Both the position numbers and the translations under genes were made by a program. From Patescibacteria group bacterium (GTDB lineage Bacteria; Patescibacteriota; Patescibacteriia; Patescibacteriales; UBA12465): 64,000 bases of DNA. Shown here one piece after another: positions 8,454 to 18,263 of this stretch (position 1 is its first letter; the number at the start of each line of letters is the position of its first letter). The notes under the pieces were generated by a model. It was not told the DNA's origin. It made no database searches and was given only the letters and a program-made list of their open reading frames with translations. The DNA lies in NCBI GenBank assembly GCA_041651195.1, contig JBAZJR010000003.1, positions 12,662 to 76,661 on the forward strand. The letters run 5' to 3'.

Positions 8454-11066
8454 ATGATTAAGCGCCTTAATTTCGGTTTCGGAATTTTCCTGGCCATTTT
8501 GTCCCTGTCTCTAGCGGTTTTTTCGCCGCGCGTTGTTTTTGCTGCAGATGTTTGTACGGAAAATACGACTTTGGATTTCGTAGCTAAGGATCCAAGCGGC
8601 TCTTTTATCCCCAACGCCCGCGTTGATGTCTATAAAGAAGTAATCGACGCTAACGGCCATAAGCGGCCGGGCACCAGAGTGGCTGGTGGCACGACCAGCG
8701 CGACTTTAGGCTCAGTCCATCTCAGCTGGCGCAATAGCGAGGCGACAAGCGCCGATTATGCTATCCGCGTCCAGACGGTCAGCAAGGATAATGCCAGCTT
8801 CTGGTATTACGGCCAAACCATGGCCTGCGGCCAGGCCGCTTCTCTGAGCCAGACTTTGAGCGGCATTCTTTTCGTCATCCGCGATTCGGCCGGAAAATTA
8901 TTGACTAGCACCGGTTTCAGCGTTTATTCCCAGATCCATGATGCCAGCGGCCAGCCGGCGAAACAGCTCAAGGAGTTATTAGTCAGCCCTAATACCGGCA
9001 CGAGCGGCCAGGTCAAGGTTTATCTGCCCCAGGGGAGCATTCGCAGTTTAGACGGTGCGCCCAGTGATTATTATACTTTGGAAATTTCCCGGAGCGGTCG
9101 GAAATTCGATTATTATAATATCCAAGTCAGGGACGGCGAATTGACCACAGTCAATTATTATCTGAGCGCCATGAATGTTAAATTGCAGGATACGACCGGC
9201 GCCCTATATCCCAGCGGGACGAAAGTGGAAGTCTTCAAGCAGGAAGTCGATCAGGATAATAGCCGGCAGAAAGGGACAAAAGTCGGTGACATGACTTTAG
9301 TTTCGGACGGATACGGCAGCTTTGAAGTGCCGGCCGGGCTCTATGTCCTAGGTATCAAGGGCCAGAATAATGTTTACCAATATTTCTGGGACGTCGCTGT
9401 CGATGAGGGCAAGGCGAACCAATATACTCTGACTTCGGAACAGACTTCATCGCCGGTTACCACCAGCTGCCAGAATAATTCCAAATTTACTCTGACTCTG
9501 CGGAATTACAGCGGCGATATCATCCCTGGCTTGAAGTTTGAATTATATGAGCAGAATACCGACGCCAACGGTTCGCCGACAGCCGGGAACCGCGTCGGCG
9601 GCGGGACGATCGCCAGTTCCGGGCAGGCCTCCATCAGCTTCAAGCCGGACCCGCGCAAGCTTTACGCCCTAAAAGTCTGGGATCGGCGCGCCGATCTGGG
9701 TGAGTTCTGGTTTTTTAGTGTAGTCCGTTTCGTCTGTGATTATGACCGGTCCGTCACTAAATATCTGCCGGCTCTTAAGGTCGTTTTGCGCGATAACCAA
9801 GGGAACCTGCGCCGTAATTATAATTTTTCCCTCTACGCCCAGGAATATGATGCGGATCTGCGCCCTTTTTTCCAGAGCAAGAATCTGATTGCCAATCTGA
9901 CGACCGACGGCGGTGGCCAAGCCGTCGTCTATGTCGCCCCTTTTAATACTTATCGTCGCGGCCAGACCGGCGATTACGCGATCAGCGCCAAGGATGCGAA
10001 CGGTAATCTGGCGACTTTCTATAACATCAAGATCCCGGAGACCAAAGACTACTCTTTCCAATCCGTCTTCAGCGGCTTGAGCGGCGAATTGCGGAACGCC
10101 CAGTCGCGCCTGATCGCCAGCCGGGAGATCCGCCTGTACGAATCAGGCTCATCCGGATCATTAGGGCGGCAATTGCTCAAGACTAAGACCGACGCCAAGG
10201 GTTATTTCCAGTTCGAATATCCGGCCGGCTCTTTCATCCTGACCGCTCTCGATGATTTTAACCGGGAAAATATTTTTGGCGCCGTGGCGATCAAGAGCGG
10301 CACCAACTATACGAAATTATTGACAAGCGCGATCAGTTTTAATTTATCTAATTCTCAATTGACTGATACTAATTCTTCTTTAACAATCTATTCTTTGTCT
10401 GCCGGCGGCGGCAATACTTATTTCCGAGAGAAGCAGGTCGGCACGGTCAAGCTGACGGGCGGGAAGTCAGCTGCGGTTTCTCTGGCCGCCGGGCCCTATC
10501 TGGCGGTCTATAATGGGAAGAATAACCAAGAGTTCGGCCAAGCTTTCTATGCGAATAACGGCAAGGCGCAAACTATCTATATCGCTACCAATTCTAAATA
10601 TCTGCTTAGTGCCGGGCAATCTTTCACCTTATCCGCCGGGTCTTCACAGCCGACAGTTGTCTCTTCGACCGCGTCAACCGTTACCGCGTCTCTAGCCGTT
10701 AAATTGAAAGGGCGGATCTTGCTTCAGGTCGAAGACAAGGGCCAAGCCTGGTATGTTAATCCCATTGATAGCAAGCGTTATTATCTCGGCCGCCCGGCTG
10801 ATGCCTTCGCGGTGATGCGCCGCGTCGGCTTAGGGATATCCAATCAGGATTTTGCCGCCTTGGAGAAAAATCCTAGCGCTTGGCAGAAATTAGCCGGCCG
10901 GATCCTCCTTAAGACGGAAGACAGCGGCAAAGCGTATTACTTTGATCCAGTGAGCTTGAAATTATATTATCTGGGCCGTCCGGCCGATGCTTTTAACGTG
11001 ATGCGGTCGCTTGGTTTAGGAATCAAGACTAGCGACTTGGGGAAGATTACGGCTGGTGTCAATTAA
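8454..11066 (+). CDS. large secreted repeat protein (carboxypeptidase-regulatory/transthyretin-like beta-sandwich repeats plus two C-terminal 62-aa modules)
   Basis: 870 aa. Signal peptide MIKRLNFGFGIFLAILSLSLAVFSPRVVFAADV. A pattern recurs at least four times: DxxGxxxPxxxVxVYxQ..DANGxxxxGxRVGGGT…Y. The C-terminal duplicated module is listed separately. Confidence 0.55.
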   Translation: MIKRLNFGFGIFLAILSLSLAVFSPRVVFAADVCTENTTLDFVAKDPSGSFIPNARVDVYKEVIDANGHKRPGTRVAGGTTSATLGSVHLSWRNSEATSADYAIRVQTVSKDNASFWYYGQTMACGQAASLSQTLSGILFVIRDSAGKLLTSTGFSVYSQIHDASGQPAKQLKELLVSPNTGTSGQVKVYLPQGSIRSLDGAPSDYYTLEISRSGRKFDYYNIQVRDGELTTVNYYLSAMNVKLQDTTGALYPSGTKVEVFKQEVDQDNSRQKGTKVGDMTLVSDGYGSFEVPAGLYVLGIKGQNNVYQYFWDVAVDEGKANQYTLTSEQTSSPVTTSCQNNSKFTLTLRNYSGDIIPGLKFELYEQNTDANGSPTAGNRVGGGTIASSGQASISFKPDPRKLYALKVWDRRADLGEFWFFSVVRFVCDYDRSVTKYLPALKVVLRDNQGNLRRNYNFSLYAQEYDADLRPFFQSKNLIANLTTDGGGQAVVYVAPFNTYRRGQTGDYAISAKDANGNLATFYNIKIPETKDYSFQSVFSGLSGELRNAQSRLIASREIRLYESGSSGSLGRQLLKTKTDAKGYFQFEYPAGSFILTALDDFNRENIFGAVAIKSGTNYTKLLTSAISFNLSNSQLTDTNSSLTIYSLSAGGGNTYFREKQVGTVKLTGGKSAAVSLAAGPYLAVYNGKNNQEFGQAFYANNGKAQTIYIATNSKYLLSAGQSFTLSAGSSQPTVVSSTASTVTASLAVKLKGRILLQVEDKGQAWYVNPIDSKRYYLGRPADAFAVMRRVGLGISNQDFAALEKNPSAWQKLAGRILLKTEDSGKAYYFDPVSLKLYYLGRPADAFNVMRSLGLGIKTSDLGKITAGVN
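10710..11063 (+). repeat. two tandem 186-nt (62-aa) coding repeats, GRILLQVEDKGQAWYVNPIDSKRYYLGRPADAFAVMRRVGLGI / GRILLKTEDSGKAYYFDPVSLKLYYLGRPADAFNVMRSLGLGI
   Basis: The two copies start at 10710 and 10896 in the same frame and are read directly from the translation. Confidence 0.8.
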
Positions 11067-11077
11067 ATCTTGACGAT

Positions 11078-12058
11078 ATGGCGCAAGCGGAATACAATTG
11101 GCCGCATATCGGCAATGACCAGGTCATTGAGTTCTTGGAGCGCAGTTTGAAAAATGGCAAGATCGCGCAAACTTACATTTTTGCCGGCGCTGATGAATTA
11201 GGCAAATCCACGATCGCTCTGGCTTTCGCTCGTAATCTGCAGGGCCATCAGGAAGGTTTCAATAGCGATCTGCATGTGCTCGCGCCGGAAGCCGGACAGA
11301 AAGGCATCTCGATCGAGGCGACGCGGGAATTTATCAAGCTTTTGGATTTAAGCTCTTTCCTGGATTCTTATAAGATCGGCATCATCAAGGGAGCGGAGCT
11401 CCTGAGCGAGGAAGCGAAAAGCGCGCTCCTAAAGACCTTGGAAGAGCCGAGAGGCCAAGTCGTGATTATCTTGCTCGTCGCGGATGAAGACCGCCTGCCA
11501 GCCACCATCCGGTCTCGCGCCCAAGTCCTGTATTTTTATCCGGTTCCCGCGGAAATAATCTATGATTATCTGATCGATAATTACGGCACTAATCGTTCTT
11601 TGGCCAAGGATTTGGCGAATCTGTCCTTAGGGCGCCCGCTCGTTGCCTTGCGCTTGCTGGAGCACCCTGAAGAATACAGCGCTTATCTGGAAAAAGCCGA
11701 GCTTTGGCTGTCTCTGCCGGCGCGCGATCTGAATGCGCGCCTGGATGTCTTAGATCAGCTGTTCAAGGATAAGACTTGGAGCAAACAGGCGGTAGACGGC
11801 GCCGGAGAAATCATCGCGCTGGCTGAAGGTTTAGCCCGCGATCTCTTCTTGCTGGGCTTGGGCCAGCCTGAGCGTTTGCAACACTCGGCTCTCGCACCCA
11901 GCCTAGAAAAAGCTTTGGTTTCGCTGGGCGGAACGAACGGCCAAGACAGCGCGCCCCTGGTCTTGCGCCAATTGAAGTTGCTGGCGCAAGCCAAGGAGTA
12001 TCTGGCCGCCAACGTCAATCCGCGGCTAGTCCTAGAACAAGTGGTCATTAATCTATGA
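11078..12058 (+). CDS. holB: DNA polymerase III subunit delta'
   Basis: 326 aa. The clamp-loader AAA+ pattern reads KIAQTYIFAGADELGKSTIALAFARNL, …LKTLEEP…, TIRSRAQVLYFYP (SRC-like motif). Confidence 0.75.
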   Translation: MAQAEYNWPHIGNDQVIEFLERSLKNGKIAQTYIFAGADELGKSTIALAFARNLQGHQEGFNSDLHVLAPEAGQKGISIEATREFIKLLDLSSFLDSYKIGIIKGAELLSEEAKSALLKTLEEPRGQVVIILLVADEDRLPATIRSRAQVLYFYPVPAEIIYDYLIDNYGTNRSLAKDLANLSLGRPLVALRLLEHPEEYSAYLEKAELWLSLPARDLNARLDVLDQLFKDKTWSKQAVDGAGEIIALAEGLARDLFLLGLGQPERLQHSALAPSLEKALVSLGGTNGQDSAPLVLRQLKLLAQAKEYLAANVNPRLVLEQVVINL

Positions 12059-12085
12059 AATAATAAGTCTGAATTTATAAATAAT

Positions 12086-13207
12086 ATGACTTTCAAAAAT
12101 CTAAAATTCTTAATCATCCCGATCATCCTGTTGCTCGTCGGCCTGTCCTTATCCGCCTGCTCAATCACAACCACTTCATCTGGCGTGAATACCGGCGTCG
12201 ACAGCAGCGTTTTCGTCTCCGTCGATAGCGGCGATAATTGGAAACCGATGGTGAGCGTGCCGACGACGAGCGGCCGGCCAGGAACGATCGCCGACCTGAA
12301 CGTCAATGTCATGAGCTTAGATCCGCAAGACAGCCGCGCCGTCTATCTGGCCAGCTTCGAACGAGGTTTGTATTATACTTATAAGGTTACGGAAGGTTGG
12401 AGCCAGGCAACGGGACTGCCGGTCGGGACGGTCGGCGACGTGCGGGTCGATCCTAAGAATAAATGCGTCATCTATGCCGCTTTGGCGAACCGCCTCTACC
12501 GTTCTAATGATTGTTCCCGGACTTGGACGCAGGTCTATTTCGATAGCAATACCGAAGTGACTATCACGACGATCGCCATCGACCATTATAATCCGCGTAA
12601 TATCTATATCGGCACTTCCCGCGGGGAGATCATCAAGACGATCGACTCCGGAGCCGCCTGGCGGACGATCCAGCGTTTGAATGAAGGCGTGGCGCGCCTG
12701 ATCGTTTCCCCGCAAGATAGCCGGCTGGTTTTCGTGGCCAGCAGCAAGAACAAGATCTATAGCTTTATCTCCAATACTAATACTAATGCGGCCGCTTCCG
12801 AGGATTTAGAGCAGAATTTCCTGGTCGATAGTTGGACCGACCTGAATTTGGTCCTGGACGATTTCAATCTGGGCAATAATTTCCGGGATATCGTGATCAA
12901 CCCCTCTGACGGCGTCGTTTATCTGGCTACGGACAAAGTGATATTGCGTTCGCCTGATAACGGCGTGACTTGGGAGAATATTAAGCTTCTCCAGCCGGAG
13001 AAGGACACGGTCATCAATGCTTTTGCCGTCAATCCAAGAAATCCGGCCGACTTATATTATGTTACCAATACTACCTTCTTCCGTTCTACGGATAGCGGCG
13101 CGACCTGGACGACGAAAAAGTTGCCGACGGCGCGCGCCGGCCGCAGCCTGCTCATCGATTTTAACGAGCCGAATATCATTTATCTTGGTACGATAAAATT
13201 AAAATAA
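12086..13207 (+). CDS. lipoprotein with BNR/Asp-box repeats (beta-propeller, Ycf48/sialidase-like fold)
   Basis: Lipobox LVGLSLSAC. There are five S-x-D-x-G-x-x-W boxes: SVDSGDNWKP, SNDCSRTWTQ, TIDSGAAWRT, SPDNGVTWEN, STDSGATWTT. Confidence 0.7.
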   Translation: MTFKNLKFLIIPIILLLVGLSLSACSITTTSSGVNTGVDSSVFVSVDSGDNWKPMVSVPTTSGRPGTIADLNVNVMSLDPQDSRAVYLASFERGLYYTYKVTEGWSQATGLPVGTVGDVRVDPKNKCVIYAALANRLYRSNDCSRTWTQVYFDSNTEVTITTIAIDHYNPRNIYIGTSRGEIIKTIDSGAAWRTIQRLNEGVARLIVSPQDSRLVFVASSKNKIYSFISNTNTNAAASEDLEQNFLVDSWTDLNLVLDDFNLGNNFRDIVINPSDGVVYLATDKVILRSPDNGVTWENIKLLQPEKDTVINAFAVNPRNPADLYYVTNTTFFRSTDSGATWTTKKLPTARAGRSLLIDFNEPNIIYLGTIKLK

Positions 13208-13216
13208 TTTAAATTT

Positions 13217-13771
13217 ATGAATCAATATCTGCAAGACAAACAATCAGAATTCTCTAATGCGCTTGATTTCTTCAAGAAAGAAATCGCCGCGCTCCGCACC
13301 GGCCGGGCTAATCCGGCTGTTTTGGACGCTATCCAAGTAGAAGCCTACGGCGTCCTTAATCCGCTTAACGCGGTCGGCAATATCGCCGTTTCCGATGCGC
13401 GCAGCATCGTTATCGCGCCCTGGGATAAAGGCGTCATCAAGAGCATCGAGAAGGCGATCGTGGAAGCTAACCTCGGCCTGGGCGTCGTCAATGAAGGCGA
13501 CAAGATCCGCCTGACTGTGCCGCCTCTGACCGAAGAGAACCGTAAGGAATTAGTCAAGAAATTGAACGAAAAGATGGAAAAGGTTCGGATCATCCTGCGC
13601 GGCGCGCGTGATAATGTCAAGAACGCGGTCGAGAAAGCCTTCGCGGATAAGGAGATGAGTGAAGACGATAAATTCCGCTTTATCAAGGAGCTGGACGAGT
13701 TTTCCGCCAAGAAGAATGAAGAATTAAAAGATATCCGCGATCGGAAAGAGAAGGATATCATGGAAATTTAA
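13217..13771 (+). CDS. frr: ribosome recycling factor
   Basis: 184 aa. …LRTGRANPAVLDAIQVEAYG…PLNAVGNIAVSDARSIVIAPWDK…LGLGVVNEGDKIRLTVPPLTEENRKELVK is the canonical RRF sequence. Confidence 0.95.
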   Translation: MNQYLQDKQSEFSNALDFFKKEIAALRTGRANPAVLDAIQVEAYGVLNPLNAVGNIAVSDARSIVIAPWDKGVIKSIEKAIVEANLGLGVVNEGDKIRLTVPPLTEENRKELVKKLNEKMEKVRIILRGARDNVKNAVEKAFADKEMSEDDKFRFIKELDEFSAKKNEELKDIRDRKEKDIMEI

Positions 13772-13776
13772 GCTAT

Positions 13777-14937
13777 ATGTTATTAACGATAATCATCTTT
13801 ATCCTCGTCTTATCGGTTTTGGTGGCGGTCCATGAATTAGGCCATTTTTTCACGGCTCGCTATTTTGGCGTTCGCGCGGAGGAATTCGGTTTCGGTTTTC
13901 CGCCGCGTGCCGTCGGCTGGTATAAGAACCGGGCCGGCCGCTGGCGCCGCGTGGTTGGCGATCGGGATATGGAAAGCCTGGAAGCGAGCGCGGATGAAAG
14001 CCTGCATCCGGCGCGACACGCGACGATCTGGTCTCTCAATTGGCTGCCGATCGGCGGTTTTGTGAAGATCAAGGGTGAAGACGGCGGCGGCAAGGATCAG
14101 GGCGACAGTTTTGCCGCTAAGAAGATCTGGCAGCGAGTGATTATCTTATCCGCCGGCGTCATCATGAATATACTCCTTGCCTGGTTCTTATTTTCCGTCG
14201 GCTATCTGATCGGCCTGCCGCAATCGACCGAAACGCTCGGCCGCCAGGCCATCGTCAGCGAGGCCGCGGTCGTTGTTGCCCAGGTGATGCCAAATTCGAT
14301 CGCCGCCCAGGCTGGCCTTCAAGACGGCGATATTATCTTGCGTATTAATGATGTCCGGGTAGGAACCGAGCAAGCTCTACAGGACGCGGTTGCCGCGAGC
14401 GCCGGGCAAGAATCTATATTAACCATCCAGCGCGCTGGCGGGGAAGAAGCCATCAAAGTCGTGCCGCAAGCTAAAAACGGCGGACGGGCGACGATCGGGA
14501 TCGCTATCTTCGCCTCCGGCCTTGTCCGTTATCCTTTTTTCTTCGCTTTTTGGGAAGGAGCTAAGACGACGGGCTCGGTCTTATGGCAGATCATCGCCTC
14601 TTTGGCCAATCTCTTGCAGGAAGTTTTTCGGGGGCAGAATGTCAGCGGGGAATTCGCCGGACCGGTCGGCATCGCGACCATCACTGGCCAAGCCGCCCGC
14701 CTGGGCTTCACTTATCTCTTGCAATTTATGGCGCTCCTCTCTTTGAACCTCGCAGTCGTCAACATCTTGCCTTTTCCGGCGCTTGATGGCGGCCGAATCA
14801 TCTTTCTTCTTGTCGAGAAGGCCAAGGGCCGGCCGGTACGTAAAGAAGTAGAGACCTTGATCCATAATATCGGCTTCTTCTTGCTGATCGCTTTAGTGCT
14901 GTTCGTGACTTTCAAGGATATCGTAAAATTGTTTTAA
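13777..14937 (+). CDS. rseP: RIP metalloprotease RseP (site-2 protease, one PDZ domain)
   Basis: HELGHFFTARYFGV (HExxH) in TM1, PIGGFVKIKGE, a PDZ segment (VAQVMPNSIAAQAGLQDGDIILRIND), and C-terminal NILPFPALDGGR. Confidence 0.9.
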   Translation: MLLTIIIFILVLSVLVAVHELGHFFTARYFGVRAEEFGFGFPPRAVGWYKNRAGRWRRVVGDRDMESLEASADESLHPARHATIWSLNWLPIGGFVKIKGEDGGGKDQGDSFAAKKIWQRVIILSAGVIMNILLAWFLFSVGYLIGLPQSTETLGRQAIVSEAAVVVAQVMPNSIAAQAGLQDGDIILRINDVRVGTEQALQDAVAASAGQESILTIQRAGGEEAIKVVPQAKNGGRATIGIAIFASGLVRYPFFFAFWEGAKTTGSVLWQIIASLANLLQEVFRGQNVSGEFAGPVGIATITGQAARLGFTYLLQFMALLSLNLAVVNILPFPALDGGRIIFLLVEKAKGRPVRKEVETLIHNIGFFLLIALVLFVTFKDIVKLF

Positions 14938-14947
14938 ATAAAAATAT

Positions 14948-15271
14948 ATGCAAATCAATATCAAGACGACGAAGCTGGAATTGACCGAAGCGATCCGCGC
15001 TTACTGCCAGATGAAGATGGATATGGCCTCTAAATATTTAGGCGAGATCCAAGTTTTAAATTGCGACGTGGAGATAGAAAAAACAGTCGGCGGCCAACGG
15101 AAAGGGGATATTTTCCGGGCGGAAGTCAATCTGGAGGTGCCGCATAAGCTTCTGCGCGTAGAGAAGACCGAGAAAGATTTATATAAAGCCATCGATAAGG
15201 TCAAAGACGACCTGGAAATGATGATCAAGAAATATAAGGAGAAGTGGACGGATAAGAAGAGAGGGAAGTAA
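14948..15271 (+). CDS. hpf: ribosome hibernation promoting factor / RaiA family (short form)
   Basis: 107 aa. MQINIKTTKLELTEAIRAYCQMKM…DVEIEKTVGGQRKGDIFRAEVNLEVP…EKTEKDLYKAIDKVKDDLE. Confidence 0.85.
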   Translation: MQINIKTTKLELTEAIRAYCQMKMDMASKYLGEIQVLNCDVEIEKTVGGQRKGDIFRAEVNLEVPHKLLRVEKTEKDLYKAIDKVKDDLEMMIKKYKEKWTDKKRGK

Positions 15272-15297
15272 GTAGCAAATCTTTAAGAATAAAAAAG

Positions 15298-15320
15298 CTG
15301 CCGCGCATCGGCAGTTTTTT
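15298..15320 (+). terminator. rho-independent terminator after hpf
   Basis: Stem CTGCCG/CGGCAG with a 5-nt loop, followed by T6 (…aaaaaagCTGCCGcgcatCGGCAGtttttt). Confidence 0.75.
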
Positions 15321-15434
15321 GTCATTTTTTGATAGTTAAGTCAATATTTATTTAATCACTAATCCGTATTATACTAATGTTAGAGCCGAATTAGTATTTT
15401 GGATTTGTTTCTTTTTAGCTAAAATTAGTAAAAT

Positions 15435-18167
15435 ATGAATATTTTAAACCTGTTTGGAGACGCTAACGAAAAGATTATTAGGGCGATGCGTCCGACTATC
15501 GATAAGATCGGTAGCTTTGAGCCGGACCTACAGAAATTATCGGACGAAGGATTAAAAGGGAAAACCCTGGAATTCAAAGCCCGCTTAGATAACGGTGAGT
15601 CTTTGGATGATCTTTTGCCGGAAGCTTTCGCCGTGATGCGCGAGTCGGCGCGGCGCGTCCTTAATCAGCGCCATTTCGATGTCCAGCTCGTTGGCGGCAT
15701 TGTCTTGCACCGCGGCCAGATCGCGGAAATGAAGACCGGCGAAGGCAAGACTTTGGTAGCGACCCTGCCGCTTTATCTGAACGCGCTGACCGGTCAAGGC
15801 GTCCATCTGATTACGGTCAATGATTATTTATCCCGTTTGGGCGCCGGCTGGATGGCGCCGGTTTATCATGCTCTCGGGCTAACGACCAGCGTCATCGTCC
15901 ATGATAATGCTTATATCTATGATCCGGAATATGTCGATGAAAGCCAATATGACGAACGGCTTCAGCATTTCCGCCGCTTGCCGCGCCGGGAAGCTTATGT
16001 TTGCGACATCACCTATGGCACGAATAACGAATTTGGCTTTGATTATCTTCGTGATAATATGGTCTATACCCTGGATCAGGCCGTGCAACGTCCGCTGAAC
16101 TACGCGATCGTGGACGAAATAGATTCTATTCTGATCGACGAAGCCCGGACGCCGCTCATCATCAGCGCTTCCGCCGAAGAATCAACCGATAAATATTTCA
16201 AATTCGCCCAGATCGTTTCCGGTCTCTTGGAAAATGAAGATTATAACGTCGATGAGAAGATGCGGGCCGCGACTCTGACGGAAAACGGGATCGCTAAAGT
16301 AGAAAAGATATTGGGCCTCGGCAATATCTATGTCGAGGGCGGCGTCCGGGAAGTCCATCATCTGGAGCAGGCCTTGAAGGCGCGCGTCCTGTTCAAGCGC
16401 GATAAGGATTATGTGGTCAAAGACGGCGAAATCATCATCGTCGATGAGTTTACCGGCCGTCTGATGCCGGGCCGGCGCTATAGCGAAGGCTTGCACCAGG
16501 CGATCGAAGCGAAAGAGGGCGTGAAAGTCCAGAAAGAATCGCGGACCATGGCGACGATCACTTTCCAGAATCTCTTCCGTTTATATAAGAAATTAGCCGG
16601 CATGACCGGTACGGCCGCGACCGAAGCGGAAGAATTCCATAAGATCTATAAATTAGATACGATCGTTATCCCGACCAATAAGCCGAATGTCCGGCGAGAC
16701 CTGAACGACCTGATCTACCGGACGGAAATGGACAAATTCCAGGCGGTGATCCGCGACGTGAAAGAACGAAGTGCCAAAGGCCAGCCGGTCCTGATCGGCA
16801 CGATTTCTATCGAGAAGAATGAGATCATGACTGAACTGATGGAACGCGAAGGCTTGCGGCCGAGCATGTTAAACGCCAAGAATCACCAGAAAGAAGCGGA
16901 AGTGATCGCGCAGGCCGGTCGCAAAGGTGCGATTACCTTAGCGACCAATATGGCGGGCCGCGGCGTCGACATCATCTTAGGCGGCAATCCGCCGATCGAG
17001 GCGGAACAGGCCGAGATCCGCGCTTTGGGCGGCCTGCATGTCATCGGCACGGAGCGCCATGAATCGCGGCGCATCGATAACCAGTTGCGCGGCCGCGCGG
17101 GCCGGCAGGGCGATCCCGGCTCTTCCCAGTTCTATGTTTCCACTGATGACGACCTGATGCGTATCTTCGGCGGCGAACGGATGAAGAATCTGATGTCGAC
17201 CTTGAACGTGCCGGCGGATATGCCGATCGAGAATAAGATTATCTCTAAATCGATCGAGAGCGCCCAGAAGAAAGTAGAGGGGAATAACTTCGATATCCGG
17301 AAGCACCTGGTCGAATATGACGACGTGATCAATAAGCACCGCACGTCGATCTATAAGCGGCGGCGGGAGATTTTAGAGCTGGCGGAAGGCCGCAGCATCA
17401 CTGGCGACACTGATGAGAGCCCGGCCAGCAATCGGAGCTTGGCGGAAATCGTCTTGGAAATGGTCCGGGCGGAAATCGCCGGCGTAGTCGCTTTTCATAC
17501 CTCGGGCGAGAATCTTGATGAGTGGAATCTGTCTGAGGTCGCGGAAACGATGCGGACAATTTGGACGGCTGGCGAGGGCTTGGCCGCTAAGTTGGCGGAA
17601 TTAGCCCATTCGGCTAAGAGCAAAGAATCTGTCCGCGCGGATATTATCAATTATCTGATCGCCGAAGCGGAGGCCGCGTATGAAGCTTTGCGGCAGAAGT
17701 TCGCGGCTGCTAATCTGGAATTCAAAGAAGTGGAGAAGGGAATATTGATCCGCTCTATAGATGAGATGTGGGTAGAGCATCTGGAAACGGTCGATTATCT
17801 GCGCCGCGGTATCGGTCTGCGCGGCTATGGCCAGCGCGATCCACTAGTAGAATATAAGAAAGAAGCTTACCATCTCTATCAAGAGCTGAATAGTTTAATA
17901 AATCGGCAAGTCGTCTATTCTATTTTTAAGACCGGCGATGCTTTGATCATGGCGCAAGCGCCCCAGATCAAGCTCTTTGCCGACGAACCGGCCAAGCAAT
18001 TGGAATTCTCCGGCGCCGCCAAGGAAATGCAGAGGGAGGCGGGCGGACGCAATACGATCGATCTGGTCCATGAGAAAGTAAAAGGCGAGAGCGGCGAGAA
18101 AGTCGGGAGGAATGACCCGTGCCCCTGCGGTTCTGGTAAGAAGTTTAAGCACTGCCATGGGAAGTAG
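15435..18167 (+). CDS. secA: preprotein translocase ATPase SecA
   Basis: 910 aa. MKTGEGKTLVATLP (Walker A), DEIDSILIDEARTPLIIS (DEAD-like), TNMAGRGVDI, and a C-terminal zinc motif CPCGSGKKFKHCHG. Confidence 0.97.
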   Translation: MNILNLFGDANEKIIRAMRPTIDKIGSFEPDLQKLSDEGLKGKTLEFKARLDNGESLDDLLPEAFAVMRESARRVLNQRHFDVQLVGGIVLHRGQIAEMKTGEGKTLVATLPLYLNALTGQGVHLITVNDYLSRLGAGWMAPVYHALGLTTSVIVHDNAYIYDPEYVDESQYDERLQHFRRLPRREAYVCDITYGTNNEFGFDYLRDNMVYTLDQAVQRPLNYAIVDEIDSILIDEARTPLIISASAEESTDKYFKFAQIVSGLLENEDYNVDEKMRAATLTENGIAKVEKILGLGNIYVEGGVREVHHLEQALKARVLFKRDKDYVVKDGEIIIVDEFTGRLMPGRRYSEGLHQAIEAKEGVKVQKESRTMATITFQNLFRLYKKLAGMTGTAATEAEEFHKIYKLDTIVIPTNKPNVRRDLNDLIYRTEMDKFQAVIRDVKERSAKGQPVLIGTISIEKNEIMTELMEREGLRPSMLNAKNHQKEAEVIAQAGRKGAITLATNMAGRGVDIILGGNPPIEAEQAEIRALGGLHVIGTERHESRRIDNQLRGRAGRQGDPGSSQFYVSTDDDLMRIFGGERMKNLMSTLNVPADMPIENKIISKSIESAQKKVEGNNFDIRKHLVEYDDVINKHRTSIYKRRREILELAEGRSITGDTDESPASNRSLAEIVLEMVRAEIAGVVAFHTSGENLDEWNLSEVAETMRTIWTAGEGLAAKLAELAHSAKSKESVRADIINYLIAEAEAAYEALRQKFAAANLEFKEVEKGILIRSIDEMWVEHLETVDYLRRGIGLRGYGQRDPLVEYKKEAYHLYQELNSLINRQVVYSIFKTGDALIMAQAPQIKLFADEPAKQLEFSGAAKEMQREAGGRNTIDLVHEKVKGESGEKVGRNDPCPCGSGKKFKHCHGK

Positions 18168-18224
18168 AAAATTACAAAATTTATAAATACTTTATAAATA
18201 TTTTAAATAGATTTTATCCCTAAA

Positions 18225-18257
18225 TGTTATAATGCTGGTTATAATTTATTAACCAGC
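18225..18257 (+). promoter_or_regulatory. perfect extended -10 (TGtTATAAT, 18225-18233) abutting an 8-bp inverted repeat GCTGGTTA-N8-TAACCAGC (18234-18257); candidate promoter plus operator of the Bro-N gene
   Basis: Both elements are read directly. The palindrome would span the expected transcription start, 7-30 nt upstream of the ATG at 18264. Confidence 0.45.
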
Positions 18258-18263
18258 GAGACT

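Noticed and set aside
18234-18257. The palindrome upstream of the DinD-like gene as a LexA box
   Set aside because: GCTGGTTA-N8-TAACCAGC does not match the LexA consensus sites I know (CTGT-N8-ACAG, GAAC-N4-GTTC, GTTC-N7-GTTC). I kept it only as a generic operator candidate.
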